DNA of 64,000 nt from assembly GCF_006345805.1 (NCBI RefSeq), contig NC_043022.1, positions 24,738,001 through 24,802,000 on the forward strand. The letters run 5' to 3'. The stretch is from Octopus sinensis. Taxonomy: Eukaryota. The notes under the pieces were generated by a model. That model made no database searches, had not been told where the DNA came from, and saw only the letters and a program-made list of their open reading frames with translations. This document shows, one piece after another, positions 39,137 to 52,011 of this stretch (positions are counted from its first letter, which is position 1; each line of letters starts with the position of its first letter). Position numbers and translations under genes: made by a program.

Positions 39137-39443
39137 CATGGAGGCACATGGCCTAGTGGTTAGAGCAGCAGACTTGCGGTCGAGGGATCACAGGTTTGAA
39201 TCTCAGACCAGACGATGTGTGTGTTTATGAGCGAAACACCTAAGCTCCACGCGGCTCCGACAGAAGGTAATGGTGAAACTTCTGCTGACTCTTCCGCCAC
39301 AAGTTTCTTTCACTCTTTCCTCCTGCATCTTGCAGCTCACCTGCGATGGACCGGCATCCCGTCCAGGTGGGGAACCTATACGCCAAGAAACCGGGAAACC
39401 AGCCCTTATGAGCCACGCATTGCTCATGAAGAAACAAACAACA
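39137..39443 (+). mobile_element. tRNA-headed SINE family D with 10-bp target-site duplication, inside RTE ORF2
   Basis: ACATGGGATG occurs at 39127-39136 and 39444-39453. Head is ggcctagtggttagagcagc...ggtttgaatctc and the tail is (aac/aaac)n. A second head lies at 61822-61941. Confidence 0.85.
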
Positions 39444-39892
39444 ACATGGGATGTGGTGGGAAGCATGATCTTCAAACATTGGGCCTCACAGAGACAATGA
39501 CTAGTGATTGAGACCTTTGACAATATGTCATGCTTGAGAAGACCTGTCAAGTTAAAAGAAATTATTGTGGAGGCCAATGCCGGTGTCACATAACTAGCAC
39601 CTGTGCCAATGGCACATAAAAATCCCCTTTCGAGTCTTGGACCTCATGGAGTAATGTGGCCAGTGCTGGTGTCATGTAACTAGCACCCATGTTGGTGGCA
39701 CATAAAAGTCATCTTTCAAGCGTTGGACTTCACATAGGCAATGTGGCCAGTGCTGGTGTCGCATAGTTAGCACCTGTGCCAGTGTTGCATAATGAGCACC
39801 TGTGCCGGTGGCGTGTAAAAGTACCTTTCAAGCATTGGGGCTTGAGTAGAAGATTCATCAAACCATGTAAAATTGTAGTTGTGGTAGATACT

Positions 39893-40124
39893 TATTTCTT
39901 TATTACCTACAAGGGGCTAAACATAGAGGGGACAAACAAGGAGAGACAAAGGTATTAAGTCGATTACATCGACCCCAGTGTGTAACTGGTACTTAATTTA
40001 TCAACCCCAAAAGGATGAAAGGCAAAGTCGACCTCAGCGGAATTCGAACTCAGAACGTAACGGCAGACGAAACACTGCTAAGCATTTCACCCGGCATGCT
40101 AACGTTTCCGCCAGCTCACGGCCT
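39893..40124 (-). mobile_element. SINE-B with 17-bp target-site duplication, inside the RTE 3' UTR
   Basis: TAGTTGTGGTAGATACT occurs at 39876-39892 and 40125-40141. Confidence 0.9.
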
Positions 40125-40502
40125 TAGTTGTGGTAGATACTAGTGTCGCACAATTGGCACCTGCACTTTCAGAGTGGCTGGCATTGGGAAGGGCATCCTG
40201 GCATAGTAACCATGCCAAGTCAGACTAGAGTCCAGTGCAGCCCCTCGGCTTACTAGCCCTAGTGAAACCAACCCACCCATGCCAGCATGGACAACAGACA
40301 TTAAACGATGATGATGATGATGAAATAAATAAATAACAAACGATACATAGGTGTCAGTTCATTACAGGTGTTTCTTTTGGTATTCATCCATAATTACATG
40401 TATGCATTTTAATTCTGACCTAACCTAGTATCTTACCTTTAAGCATCTTATTCACCTGAATGTTGATATATTATATACATACATACACACACACACATAT
40501 AA

Positions 40503-40535
<33 letters not shown>

Positions 40536-40579
40536 CATACATACATACATACATACATACATACACACACACACATATA

Positions 40580-40613
<34 letters not shown>

Positions 40614-40804
40614 CATACATACATACATATATATTAACCCTATACATCCTTTAATATGAAAAAACGGACAAACAAACAACACAACAATAGATATCCCTAA
40701 ACTAACCACTCCCCCTAATTTATTATACATGCATATATACATACATGTATACATATATATATAAATACATATATATATATATACATACATATATACATAC
40801 ATAT

Positions 40805-40845
<41 letters not shown>

Positions 40846-40864
40846 TATATATATATATACATAC

Positions 40865-40901
<37 letters not shown>

Positions 40902-41603
40902 TATATATGTGTATGTATGTATGTATGTATGTATGCATGTATGTATATATATGTCTGTATGTATGTGTGTATGTATGTATGTATGTACGTATGTATGCCT
41001 GTATGTATGTATGCACGTATGTATGTATGTATGTATGTATGATAAAAGCCACAATTCTTATTAAATACAACAAGCAAGAGTTTCCTGGTCGAAACATTAA
41101 TTTATTTCACCAGTTCTGAAGCTGACAACAAGAACATTTATCCGTTGCTTTTTAAGCTTTTATTATAGCATTCATTATCTTTACTCTCTGAGCTGATTTA
41201 GTGCTTTTCTACTTGTTGCAGCCATCCGACATAATTATATACATATACATATTTGAAGTGTAATATATAGAATCATGTGGCTTTTGCAGAAAGCTCCACC
41301 AACAAACTCGGCTAACAAACTACACGGTAATCTAATACAGAGAAGTATAATGTAGAGTTCTATGCAGCTGAAAACCTGGAGAGCTGAATTGTTGGTGTAA
41401 CCATAATGTTTCTTTATCTGCATTCACTTGTGTATATACAATTGAACTGTATAACGTGTAGTGTGCGTATTAATGCAGACATGTAAATATAATTTATTAT
41501 ACACTGAAGAAGGCTGCGAAACAGGTGTAACCTTAAGGATGTTAAGTGGTTAAATAAATATACTTATTGCTCATACCTCCTGATCTTTTATGTTATGTAT
41601 ACA

Positions 41604-41673
<70 letters not shown>

Positions 41674-41879
41674 AAACAAGACATTAAAACAGTGATGATG
41701 GCAATGCTATACAGACACAGCTTCATACATATATACATACATACATATGTATAGAATATCATATACATAACTTACCACACATACACACACACACACATAG
41801 ACATATATGTATTTTCTTTGAAGAATCTTAGTTCATTTTTTTGTGTATGTACATCTCCCTACATTCTCAAGTGGATATA

Positions 41880-41917
<38 letters not shown>

Positions 41918-41931
41918 TTATATATACATAC

Positions 41932-42118
41932 TGTGCCGGTGGCACGTAAAATGCAACCACTACACTCATGGAGTGGTTAGGAAGGGCATCCAGCCGTAGA
42001 AATATTGCCAGATCAGACTGAGCCTGGTGCAGCCTTCTGGCTTCCCAGACCCCAGTTTAACCGTCCAACCCATGCCAGCATGGAAAGCGGACGCTAAACG
42101 AAGATGATGATGATGATA
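41932..42118 (+). mobile_element. Family C copy
   Basis: Body plus catggaaagcggacgctaaacgaagatgatgatgat tail. Confidence 0.75.
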
Positions 42119-42138
42119 TATATATATATATATATATA

Positions 42139-42644
42139 TATAATCAAAATAAGCAACAAGAATATCTCCGGTAACTTGGTATGATCGTTTCACGCTACAT
42201 CATTTTATTAAATATTGTAAATATTACAACAGTTTTAAAATGTTGAGCAATCATCAGCCATTTATAGAGGTTTCCCATTAATACATAATTTTCATATTAA
42301 TCGATCGATAACATTATAGAGAAGGTAGGTATATAGACAAAGGGTTCTTAAAATTCAAATTAACATCTTTGTCTATATATCTACCTTCTCTATAATGTTA
42401 TCAATTAATATGAAAATTATGTATTAATGGGAAACCTCTATAAATGGCTGATGATTGCTCAACATTTTAAAACTGTTGTAATATTTACAATATTTAATAA
42501 AATGATGTAGCGTGAAACGATCGTACCAAGTTACCGGATATATTCTTGTTGCTTATTTTGATTATAATCACCCCATGGATTTATATGGATAATACCATAC
42601 AAAGTTCTGGTGCATCTAACTCTGAATCTAAATTTTGCTGAACT
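42139..42644 (+). mobile_element. Fold-back element family K, copy 1
   Basis: Arms 42139-42342 and 42367-42566 (about 200 bp, near-perfect) with a 24-nt spacer. The right arm has an extension of about 80 nt. (TA)n on both sides. Confidence 0.8.
42445..42528 (+). ncRNA. Type I hammerhead fold with 59-nt stem II (family K)
   Basis: tgg CTGATGA (42448-54) ... GAAA (42514-17), ACGATCGT palindrome, GTA, cca. Stem I is short and the stem II closing pair is non-canonical. Confidence 0.6.
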
Positions 42645-42675
<31 letters not shown>

Positions 42676-42846
42676 TACAAGACAGGAGATGATGGATGGA
42701 AATTATTTTTTGTGATGAACATGATGATCATTGGGATACGACTCTGGAGGAAGCAATTGCAACAAATTCTCCAAAACAACATAGAGATCTGTTTGCAGAT
42801 CTTCCCATTCAGGGTCAATTGCTTAAAAGCTAGTATGTATACACAA

Positions 42847-42889
<43 letters not shown>

Positions 42890-42904
42890 CGATAGATTGT
42901 TAGC

Positions 42905-42942
<38 letters not shown>

Positions 42943-42944
42943 GA

Positions 42945-43110
42945 TAGATCGTTAGCCACTACACACATTTTTTTTCTCTCCTTGTTTTTTCTGTGTCCCT
43001 TTCTGTAGAAGAGCGTAGGCTCGAAACGTAAAAGACTTTTTCTATTCCTGAGCGTTATACTAATACAGCTGTTAGTTTTGTACACCACCTGTCTTTGTCT
43101 TTTGTTGCCC
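42945..43110 (+). mobile_element. Repeat family H copy
   Basis: Near-identical to 8277-8462. The leading gatagatYgttagccactac is duplicated at about 42891 and 42943. Confidence 0.55.
42999..43034 (+). ncRNA. Minimal hammerhead-like motif in repeat family H
   Basis: cttt CTGTAGA A GAGC-gtag-GCTC GAAAC GTA aaag. Stem III is reduced to ACGT and core position 6 is T. Confidence 0.45.
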
Positions 43111-43353
43111 GAAATCCTAGAAGACACACACACACAAACAGACAGAACGGATTTTATATAATAGATAATTAAATATTATTAGAAGTTGTGTAAAAGAAAA
43201 TTTTTTTAATATTTTGTAAATTGTAGAAGTATAACCAAGTTTTAACAACAGGATCTTAAATAGATCCCCAAGGGCCATATGGACCCTTGTTGCGAACTAT
43301 TGCTTTAGACATATATATTGCAAGAAACAACTAGATTTCTTTAATTCTTAACA

Positions 43354-43762
43354 GGCACAGGAGTGGCTGTGTGGTAAGTAGCTTGCTTACCAACCACATG
43401 GTCCTGGGTTCAGTCCCACTGCGTGGCACCTTGGGCAAGTATCTTCTACTATAGCCTCAGGCCGACAAAAGCCTTGTGAGTGGATTTGGTAGACGGAAAC
43501 TGAAAGAAGCCCATCGTATATATGTATATATATATGTGTGTGTGTGTGTGTTTGTGTGTCTGTGTTTGTCCTCCCAACATCACTTGACAACCGATGCTGG
43601 TGTGTATAAGTCCCAGTAACTTAGCGGTTCGGCAAAAGAGAACCAATAGAATAAGTACTAGGCTTAGAAAGAATAAGTCCTGGGGTTGATTTGCTCGACT
43701 AAAGGCAGTGCTCCAGCATGGCCACAGTCAAATGACTGAAACAAGTAAAAGAATGAAAGAAT
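43354..43762 (+). mobile_element. SINE-A, full length
   Basis: Homology to 4515-4912. Confidence 0.85.
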
Positions 43763-44363
43763 AGTTGAATACGTTTGCAGCCACTAAAACATATTCCTCT
43801 CAGAGAGTGCAATTTCAAACCTATAGGTTTGTGTAGTGAATGTGTGAAAAACAAAATAGGAATTTTGAAAGAAGCATCTTCAAAACTTGTTTTTAAATAT
43901 CCAATGGCTATGGGAGTCCATCATAATAAAACAGCAACTAAAGGAGTCCATAGGTAAAAAAAAATGCTTGAGAATCACAGTTGTAAAACATTTACTTTGC
44001 TACTCATGTTTAGTGGAAGGGGAAGAAGAAGACCTGAAGGGATGGAGAGGTAGAGTGTAAAATTTGGGTTGATTCAAGAGTGGATGAACAATGAGCCATG
44101 AGTCTGGGGAAAGATGGAGGGATGCCGAAGAGAGTGGTGGGGTGAGGGTGGGGGGAAAGTAGTAAGAACAGTAATGATGATAGGATTGACAGGGGGTAGG
44201 ACAAGAGAGAGAGAAAGAGAGAGAGAGAGTGAGTGAGATGACATGGTTGGATAGTCAGCAGGAGCTGGGGGGGGGGGTAAGAAGCAGGTATAGTGCATTA
44301 TGGGAGGTAACTTGGTTCAGTTTGTGTATGTGTGTGTGGGGGGTATTCACTATAATATGGGTG

Positions 44364-44399
<36 letters not shown>

Positions 44400-44401
<2 letters not shown>

Positions 44402-44568
44402 CAACAATTGAGGGTAAAATTAATTAATTATTAATCAATTTCACCAAGTATTCAGTATGTAAAGGGACCATTATAGGCGAATTCAAAATATTACATTATA
44501 TATAAGAGCTTAGTAAAATAAATTACTTTGCCACAGTATGTGGCAAAGTAATTTATTTACTAAGCCCT

Positions 44569-44578
<10 letters not shown>
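44400..44578 (-). mobile_element. Fold-back element family I, copy 2
   Basis: Hairpin 44495-44578 with about 41-bp arms and loop GTA. Homologous to 57388-57520. (TA)n on both sides. Confidence 0.65.
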
Positions 44579-44608
<30 letters not shown>

Positions 44609-44734
44609 TATATTACACATACATACATACATAGGTACACACGCACCACACACACATTCCCAAACACACACACACATGAATTAGAGGCACGCTAAGCAAT
44701 AATATGTATATTAAATGTATGTATATGTGTGTGT

Positions 44735-44798
<64 letters not shown>

Positions 44799-44816
44799 AA
44801 AGTGTACGTACACTGC

Positions 44817-44877
<61 letters not shown>

Positions 44878-45218
44878 CAAAATGCGGCAAGAACACAAAA
44901 CATCCAGACAACTAGGTGATACAAAAAGTGACAACAAAACATCCAGATAGACGATATAAAAAAACAAGGACGGGTCATTCGAAGCTTTCTATCCTCAGTC
45001 AAGAACTGGATCATCCTCGCAATTTTGGCTGATTAATCTTGAGATTGCTCCAATCTGGCCAGCCCCAAGGAAAAACTAAGTTAAGAGCATTAGATTCCTT
45101 GGAAGAAAGCATCGAATGTATATGAAAACAAGGACGGAAAAACAGACGATGTTACACTAATATAAATATAAAACACGATAAAAATAATAATAATAACAGG
45201 ACATAACATATATATATA

Positions 45219-45621
45219 CTCTTTTACTCTTTTACTTGTTTCACTCATTTGACTGTGGCCATGCTGGAGCACCACGTTTTAGTCGAGCAAACTAACCCCA
45301 GGACTTATTCCTTGTAAGCCTAGTACTTATTCTATCAGTCTCTTTTGCCGAAAAGCTAAGTTACGAGGACGTAAACACACCAGCATTGGTTGTCAAGCAA
45401 TGTTGGGGGGGACAAACATATACACATACACACACATATACATATATCTACATATATACGACAGGCTTCTTTCAGTTTCCGTCTACCAAATCCCCCCACA
45501 AGGCTTTGGTCGGCCCGAGGCTATAGTAGAAGACACTTGCCCAAGGTGCCACGCAGTGGGACTGAACCCGGGACCATGTAGTTGGTAAGTAAACTACTTA
45601 CCACACAGCCACTCCTACGCC
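45219..45621 (-). mobile_element. SINE-A, full length
   Basis: Reverse-complement homology. Confidence 0.85.
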
Positions 45622-46254
45622 TATATATATATATATATATATATATATAGATACACACACACACACACACACACACATGCACACACACACACAGATAGGC
45701 CTGCAGGCTGGCAAGTTTTTATGTATGTATTAGTTTGTCACCACCAATATTTTCTATGCCCATACATAAAGTTTCCTAGAGACATTTTAATAAACCCTTT
45801 CCCTGGTCTGGATTATATTGAAAATTAATTGAAAATCAAAGAGTTTGAGAATCAAAGACTAGATCTATAGTATGGTAAGTATTAACTGACCTATCAGGCA
45901 CTTCTAGGGGTTTTATACAAACAAAATCATGAAATAGTAGTTTGGTCTCATATTATAATTCCAGTGACATCGGGGATGCATTAAAAGAAACAACCTAGTA
46001 CTGCATTGGAATGTTATTGTGTTAAGTCCAGAAGGATGAAAAGCAATGAGAATTACATATACATTTTAATAACTATTATTTCTATAGAAATAGTTAAACA
46101 GGCAGAATATATATACCATCTCCATAGACTTGGATTATCAGATCGAATATATTGTGTCCATTGTAGCTACATAGATATATATAAGATCAAACAGAATATA
46201 CAGTGCCTTTATAGATATATGTGTAAACAGACAGAATATATAATGTTAGATGTT

Positions 46255-46418
46255 GGCACAGGTGTGGCTGTGTGGTAAGTAGCTTGCTTACCAACCACAT
46301 GGTTCCGGGTTCAGTCCCACTGCATGGCACCTTGGGCAAGTGTCTTCTACTATAGCCTCAGGCCGACCAAAGCCTTGTGAGTGGATTTGGTAGGCGGAAA
46401 CTGAAAGAAGCCCATCGA

Positions 46419-46453
<35 letters not shown>

Positions 46454-46800
46454 ATATTTTTGTGTGTCTGTGTTTGTCTCCCCCAACATCGCTTGACAAC
46501 CGATGTGTGTTTAGATCCCCATAACTTGGCGGTTTGGCAAAAGAGACCGACAGAATAAGTACTAGGCTTACAAAGAATATGTCCCGGGGTCGATTTGCTC
46601 GACTAAAGGCAGTGCTCCAGCATGGCCACAGTCAAATGACTGAAACAACTAAAAGAGAGTAAAGAGTATGTAGGCACAGGTGGGGCTGTGTGGTAAGACG
46701 CTTGCTTCCCAAGTACATTGTTCTGGGTTCGGTCTGACTGTGCGGCACCTTGGGCAAGTGTCTTAAACTATAGCCTCAGGCCAACCAAAGCCTTGTGAAA
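46255..46800 (+). mobile_element. SINE-A full length plus a second tandem head
   Basis: Full copy 46255-46666 and a second head 46673-46800. Confidence 0.85.
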
Positions 46801-47081
46801 GATATATATTAGCTACAGAGGCAGTATTAATACTAAGTGGCGATATTTATCCCCACTTAAATGTAGATGTTCTGTTAGAAAAAAACTATACTGTGGTATG
46901 TACCATAAGGGAAACTCACAAAGTGGCTTTTTGGTGGAAAATGTACTCTTGTTTAGATCAATAGTGGAGAGATAAATCCCTGCCATCTTCCGTACCGGGA
47001 CCACTAGATCACATGATTTTGACCTTCCCTGGTTTCATCAATGATGGATGCTTGACCACTAGAAATAACAGCGATTCTGAA

Positions 47082-47505
47082 GGCGTCGAGCTGGCAGAAA
47101 CGTTAGCATGCCAGGCAAAATGCTTAGTGGTATTTCGCATGTTCTGAGTTCAAATTCTGCTGAGGTCGACTTTGCCTTTCATCCTTTTGGGGTCGATAAA
47201 TTAAGTACCAGTTACACACTGGGGTCGATGTAATCAACTTAATCCGTTTGTCTGTCCTTGTTTGTCCCCTCTATGTTTAGCCCCTTGTGGGCAATAAAGA
47301 AATAAGAAACATTAGCACGCCAGGCAAACTGCTTAACGGTATTTCATCTGCCACTATGTTCAGAGTTCAAATTCCGCCGAGGTCGACTTTGCTTTTCATC
47401 CTTTCAGGGTCAATTAAATAAGTACCAGTTACACACTGAGGTCGATATAATCGACTTAATCCCTTTGTCTGTCCTTGTTTGTCCCCTCTATGTTTAGCCC
47501 TTTGT
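47082..47505 (+). mobile_element. Tandem dimer of SINE-B
   Basis: The second unit starts at about 47305, directly after the first tail. Confidence 0.8.
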
Positions 47506-47514
47506 GCATTTTAT

Positions 47515-47760
47515 GCAGCTTTTCCCCCTTACTGAAAGGCCCACTTCTTCACACCCCTGTATAGTCTATTTCATTGAGGCCTTTTGCAGTGCAAGTATCT
47601 TGTAAAACCTCTACAGTCCACCTCTATATGTTCGTAATATGTTTTCAAGCTGCAGAACTGGCACTTTTCCACCAGTTCCTGGTACTTCACACATTTCCTC
47701 TCATTGGCTTCATCAGTAAACTTTTCCAAGTTCCTGCACAATCTCATCAGCGGCTAGTGA
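47515..47760 (-). mobile_element. HERO/R2-group non-LTR element, restriction-like endonuclease fragment
   Basis: 47750-47571 translates LMRLCRNLEKFTDEANERKCVKYQELVEKCQFCSLKTYYEHIEVDCRGF, matching the recalled E-A-x-E-R-K-x-x-K-Y-x-x-L...PIEVGCRGF motif. Confidence 0.7.
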
Positions 47761-47816
47761 AAAGGCTATTGCCTATAACAGATATTTATTCAGCTGGGAA
47801 GCTATTTTCAGTACTA

Positions 47817-48200
47817 CTCTTTACTCTTTACTCGTTTGAGTCATTTGACTGTGGCCAAGCTGGAGCACTGTCTTTAGTTAAGCAAATCGACCCCAGGACT
47901 TATTCTTTGTAAGCCTAGTGCTTATTCTATCAGTCTCTTTTGCCAAACTGCTAAGTTACAGGGACATAAACACACCAGCATCGGTTGTCAAGCAATGTTG
48001 GGGGGACAAACACAAAGACACAAACACACACACACACACACATATACATATATACGACGGGCTTCTTTCAGTTTCTGTCTACCAAATCGACTCACAAGGC
48101 TTTGGTCGGCCCAAATAGTAGAAGATGCCATGCAGTGGGACTGAACCCAGAACCATGTGGTTCATAAGCATGCTACTTACTGCACAGCCACTCCTACGCC
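47817..48200 (-). mobile_element. SINE-A, full length
   Basis: Reverse-complement homology. Confidence 0.85.
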
Positions 48201-48663
48201 TACTAGTGAATATTTTTCTGTCTTCCTATATTCAGGGCAATAAATCTCACCTAAGCATGTTGCTCGTTGTGGGTACATGACACTGACAAGGCCCGATGAT
48301 GCTGAAATGCATCTGACATTCTTGTTGGTTATTACTGGAGTTGATTTCATCTCTGATATATAGTGTTTTTAGACAAAGCAAGCACTTCGGTTAGAGATGT
48401 TATCTCTGGATGAATAGTGCAGTAAATTTGTCTTTCAGTAATGTATTTACATTAAATATGATACACTGATGCTTCCCCCTCTGTCTCTTTTTCTCACTCC
48501 TCTCCTCTCTCTCTCTCTTTTCTCTCCCCTTTCGCTCTAATATATACAGACATTAGTTTTATAAGTGTATGTATGGTATGTATATACATATCTTTATCTG
48601 TCTGAGTGTACTTCTGTCTCTGTCTGCCTTCTTCTTCCTCTCTCTCTCCTCTCTACATATATA

Positions 48664-48710
<47 letters not shown>

Positions 48711-49680
48711 TGTGTGTGTACAGGCGCGCACACACACATTCAAATACATGCATGCATACATACATACATACATACATACATACATACATACATACATACA
48801 CACACATACATATACACACATAAATGCATACATACATACACTCATACATACATATACACACATACATACATACACATATTCAAATACATACATACATACA
48901 TACATACACACACACATAAATGCATACATACATACACCCATACATATACACACACACATTCAAATACATACATGCATACATACATACATACACACATTCA
49001 AATACATACATACATACATACATACATACATACACACACACACATAAATGCATACACACATACACCCATACATATACACACACATTCAAATACATACATA
49101 CATACATACATACATATACAAGTATTTCTATCCACAGATAAAAATACACAACAGACTATTTAGCAGCGAAACAAAATCTTTCCTTGAATTTCAACTCTTT
49201 TTCTTTTTCTTTTCTTTCTCATTCTCATATAACATTGTTGTTTATTGTACTTTTGATAAATAGCAAAACCTGCCAGGAGCTCCCCCAGCCCTCTCTCAGA
49301 TACATGTAAGTAAATACAGTTGTCTAAGTTGTCACAGAGGTAAGGTATTGATTGCTCTCGTCACAAATATAGACACAATATTCGGTAACTTAAAAACAAC
49401 TTTTAATGAATTTGTTTCTTTTTTATTCATATATGTACGTATGTATGTACATATATAGATACATTCATGCATGTATATAAATATTCTGGTGCATATGTAT
49501 ACGCACACGTAGGCACACACACATATACCTACACATACATATATATGTATGTGTATATATATACATATATATACATATATATATATATATACATATATAT
49601 ATACATATATATATACATATATATACATATTAGCATGGAAAGCGGACGTTAAATGATGATGATGATATGTGTGTGTGTGT

Positions 49681-49947
49681 AGAGGCGCAATGGCCCAGTG
49701 GTTAGGGCAGCGGACTCGCGGTCATAGGATCATGGTTTCGATTCTGAGTGTTTATTTAGCGAAAACACCTAAAAGCTCCGCAAGGCTCCAGCAGGGGGTG
49801 GTGATCCCTGCTGTACTCTTTCACCACTCTTTCTTCTGTTGGCCTGCTCGCTTAGCCAGTGGGGTGGTGTCATTCAAAGGCTAAAACAATGTGAACATAT
49901 TGTGACCAGCGATGTGTAGCAACATCTGATGGTCTGGTTGGTGTGAT
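49681..49947 (+). mobile_element. SINE family G
   Basis: Homologous to 34925-35212. Confidence 0.75.
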
Positions 49948-51147
49948 ATAGATATATATGCATACATATATATTTATATATATATGTATAAATATATATA
50001 TATACAATCACCTTGTACATTCTGTGGAGTGTCACATGAAAAGCACCCAGTACAGTCAGTGGAATGGTTGGCACTAGGAAGAGCATCTACTCATCGAAAC
50101 CATGTCAGAACAGACAGTGGAGCCTAGTGTAGCTTCTGGCTTTACCAGCTCCAGTCTAACCATCCAATCCATGCCAACCTGATGGTGCTGCAACTGATAC
50201 ATGTTTGTGTATATATATTATATAACAATAAGAAAATGGAGGGGATCAATAGGTGGTTCATCAACTTTTAGACATTATATTATGTCAACTTATTTATTTA
50301 TTTTGTTAAACTGATAATTACAATAATATACATACATATAACATATTATTCTTTACATATAAGATATAAGATATAAAATATAGTAATATATAAGGATACC
50401 AGTAATTATTATAAAATAACAAACATGAATATAAATTGGGAAAATAACTCACAGCTGTTTCAGCCAAGAGGTAAAAATACCTCATTCTACCTTTATTACT
50501 CAAGTAGAGTGAAGTAATAGGTAGATGAAAATGAGGTACTTGGGTATATCTCTAGGCTTTGTCAGAGATTACAAAGTACATAATGTTAAGTTATAAATAA
50601 ATATAAATATAAATATAAAATAAATAAAATACACACACATTTGAATACTTATATATATAGATATACACATACATACATATATAGATATACATAAATACCT
50701 ATATATATACTGAAATATACATACATATTTGCATTTATAAACATAAACAATAATCAGTTTTTAATAATATTATTAATATTAGATGCATTCTCTTATTCAA
50801 AGATATCATTAATGCTGTTATTATCTAGTGTAACAATTTAAAAATGATAATAACAGAATCAATAGTATAGGCAATTGCAAGTCACACCCCACCTCAAAGC
50901 ATCAGATAGCTGAAGGATTACAATTAATGAAAGGCCATACTATGTATGTCTATTTGCTGGAAATAACATTCAAAACTCTTCTCTAAATTGCCAAAAAACA
51001 CTGATGATAGATACAGAAATCAACCATCTGAAGGCAAATAGGCTAAGACAATCTCCCAATGTACATTCAAGTATTTGGACTCATGTCGACCAGCTTCTGC
51101 ACTGGCAAAGATAGCCTCACCTTTAATTAATTTTAATCTTCAGCTAT

Positions 51148-51202
<55 letters not shown>

Positions 51203-51224
51203 TATATATATATATATATATATA

Positions 51225-51365
51225 TATAGTTGAAATTTACAGAAAAACAAAAGACGAAGACAGGTGTATAAACAACAAGCAGGTGTATTAGTTTGATGCT
51301 CAGGAAGGTGAGAAAGTCTTTTACGTTTCAAGCCTATGCTCTTCAACAGAAAGGAACACGAGGAA
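51225..51365 (-). mobile_element. Repeat family H copy
   Basis: Reverse complement matches 8332-8450. Confidence 0.5.
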
Positions 51366-51439
51366 AGAAGCAAGGACGGAATTTTAAAAATCTTATGGAT
51401 TTAGCAGTCAGTCATGGTCAATATATATATATATGCATA

Positions 51440-51700
51440 TGTGTTGTGTTCTTGAGCAAAGCACTTTATTTCACGTTGCTCCAGTTCACTCAGCTGTAGA
51501 AATGAGTTGCGACGTCACTGGTGCCAAGCTGTATTGACCTTTGTCTTTCCCTTGGATAACACTGGTGGCGTGGAGAGGGGAGGCTGGTATGCATGGGCGA
51601 CTGCTGGTCTTCCATAAACAACCTTGCCCGGACTTGTGTCTAGGAGGGTAACTTTCTAGGTGCAATCCCATGGTCATTCATGACCGAAGGGGGTCTTTAT
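51440..51700 (+). mobile_element. CORE-like SINE 3' part (family F)
   Basis: Overlaps the homology of 38817-38976 and adds a 3' tail. Confidence 0.6.
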
Positions 51701-51765
51701 AATATAATATATACATAAATGTATATATATATATATACATATAATAAATTTATGTGTGTGTATAT

Positions 51766-51811
<46 letters not shown>

Positions 51812-51937
51812 TAAACATACATACACAAATATCTATATGTATAGATATATACATAATGTATATATATATATACATATATATATATAATGTGTGTGTGTAT
51901 ATATATATATAGATATATATCATAATAATGATAAATA

Positions 51938-52011
51938 TGGCCAGTATGGGGCTTGAACCCATGACACTTGTGTTATTAGCACGACACTCTAACCAAATGA
52001 GTTAACCGGCT
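51938..52011 (-). tRNA. tRNA-Ile(AAT) pseudogene, full length but decayed
   Basis: 74 nt: AGCCGGTTAACTCATTTGGTTAGAGTGTCGTGCTAATAACACAAGTGTCATGGGTTCAAGCCCCATACTGGCCA. Box B TTCGA is mutated to TTCAA. Confidence 0.75.

Larger units (their letters stand above)
38985..40322 (+). mobile_element. RTE-clade LINE 3' end (ORF2 C-terminus plus long repeat-bearing 3' UTR), interrupted by two SINEs
   Basis: RYGVQERRLYWYSHVMHMDEDSCVKKCQSLTVEG...KTWD resumes after the insertion as HDLQTLGLTETMTSD. It is followed by gtggcacrtaaaa repeats and a catgccagcatgga...ttaaacgatgatgatga tail. Confidence 0.8.

Noticed and set aside
41500-41540. CTGAAGA...GAAAC-aggt-GTA hammerhead-like string
   Set aside because: No stem I pairing next to the core and a very weak stem II. 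At best a decayed relic.
43200-43990. hAT-like 3' termini near 43290 and 43975
   Set aside because: No matching 5' TIR or TSD found. Too degraded to call.
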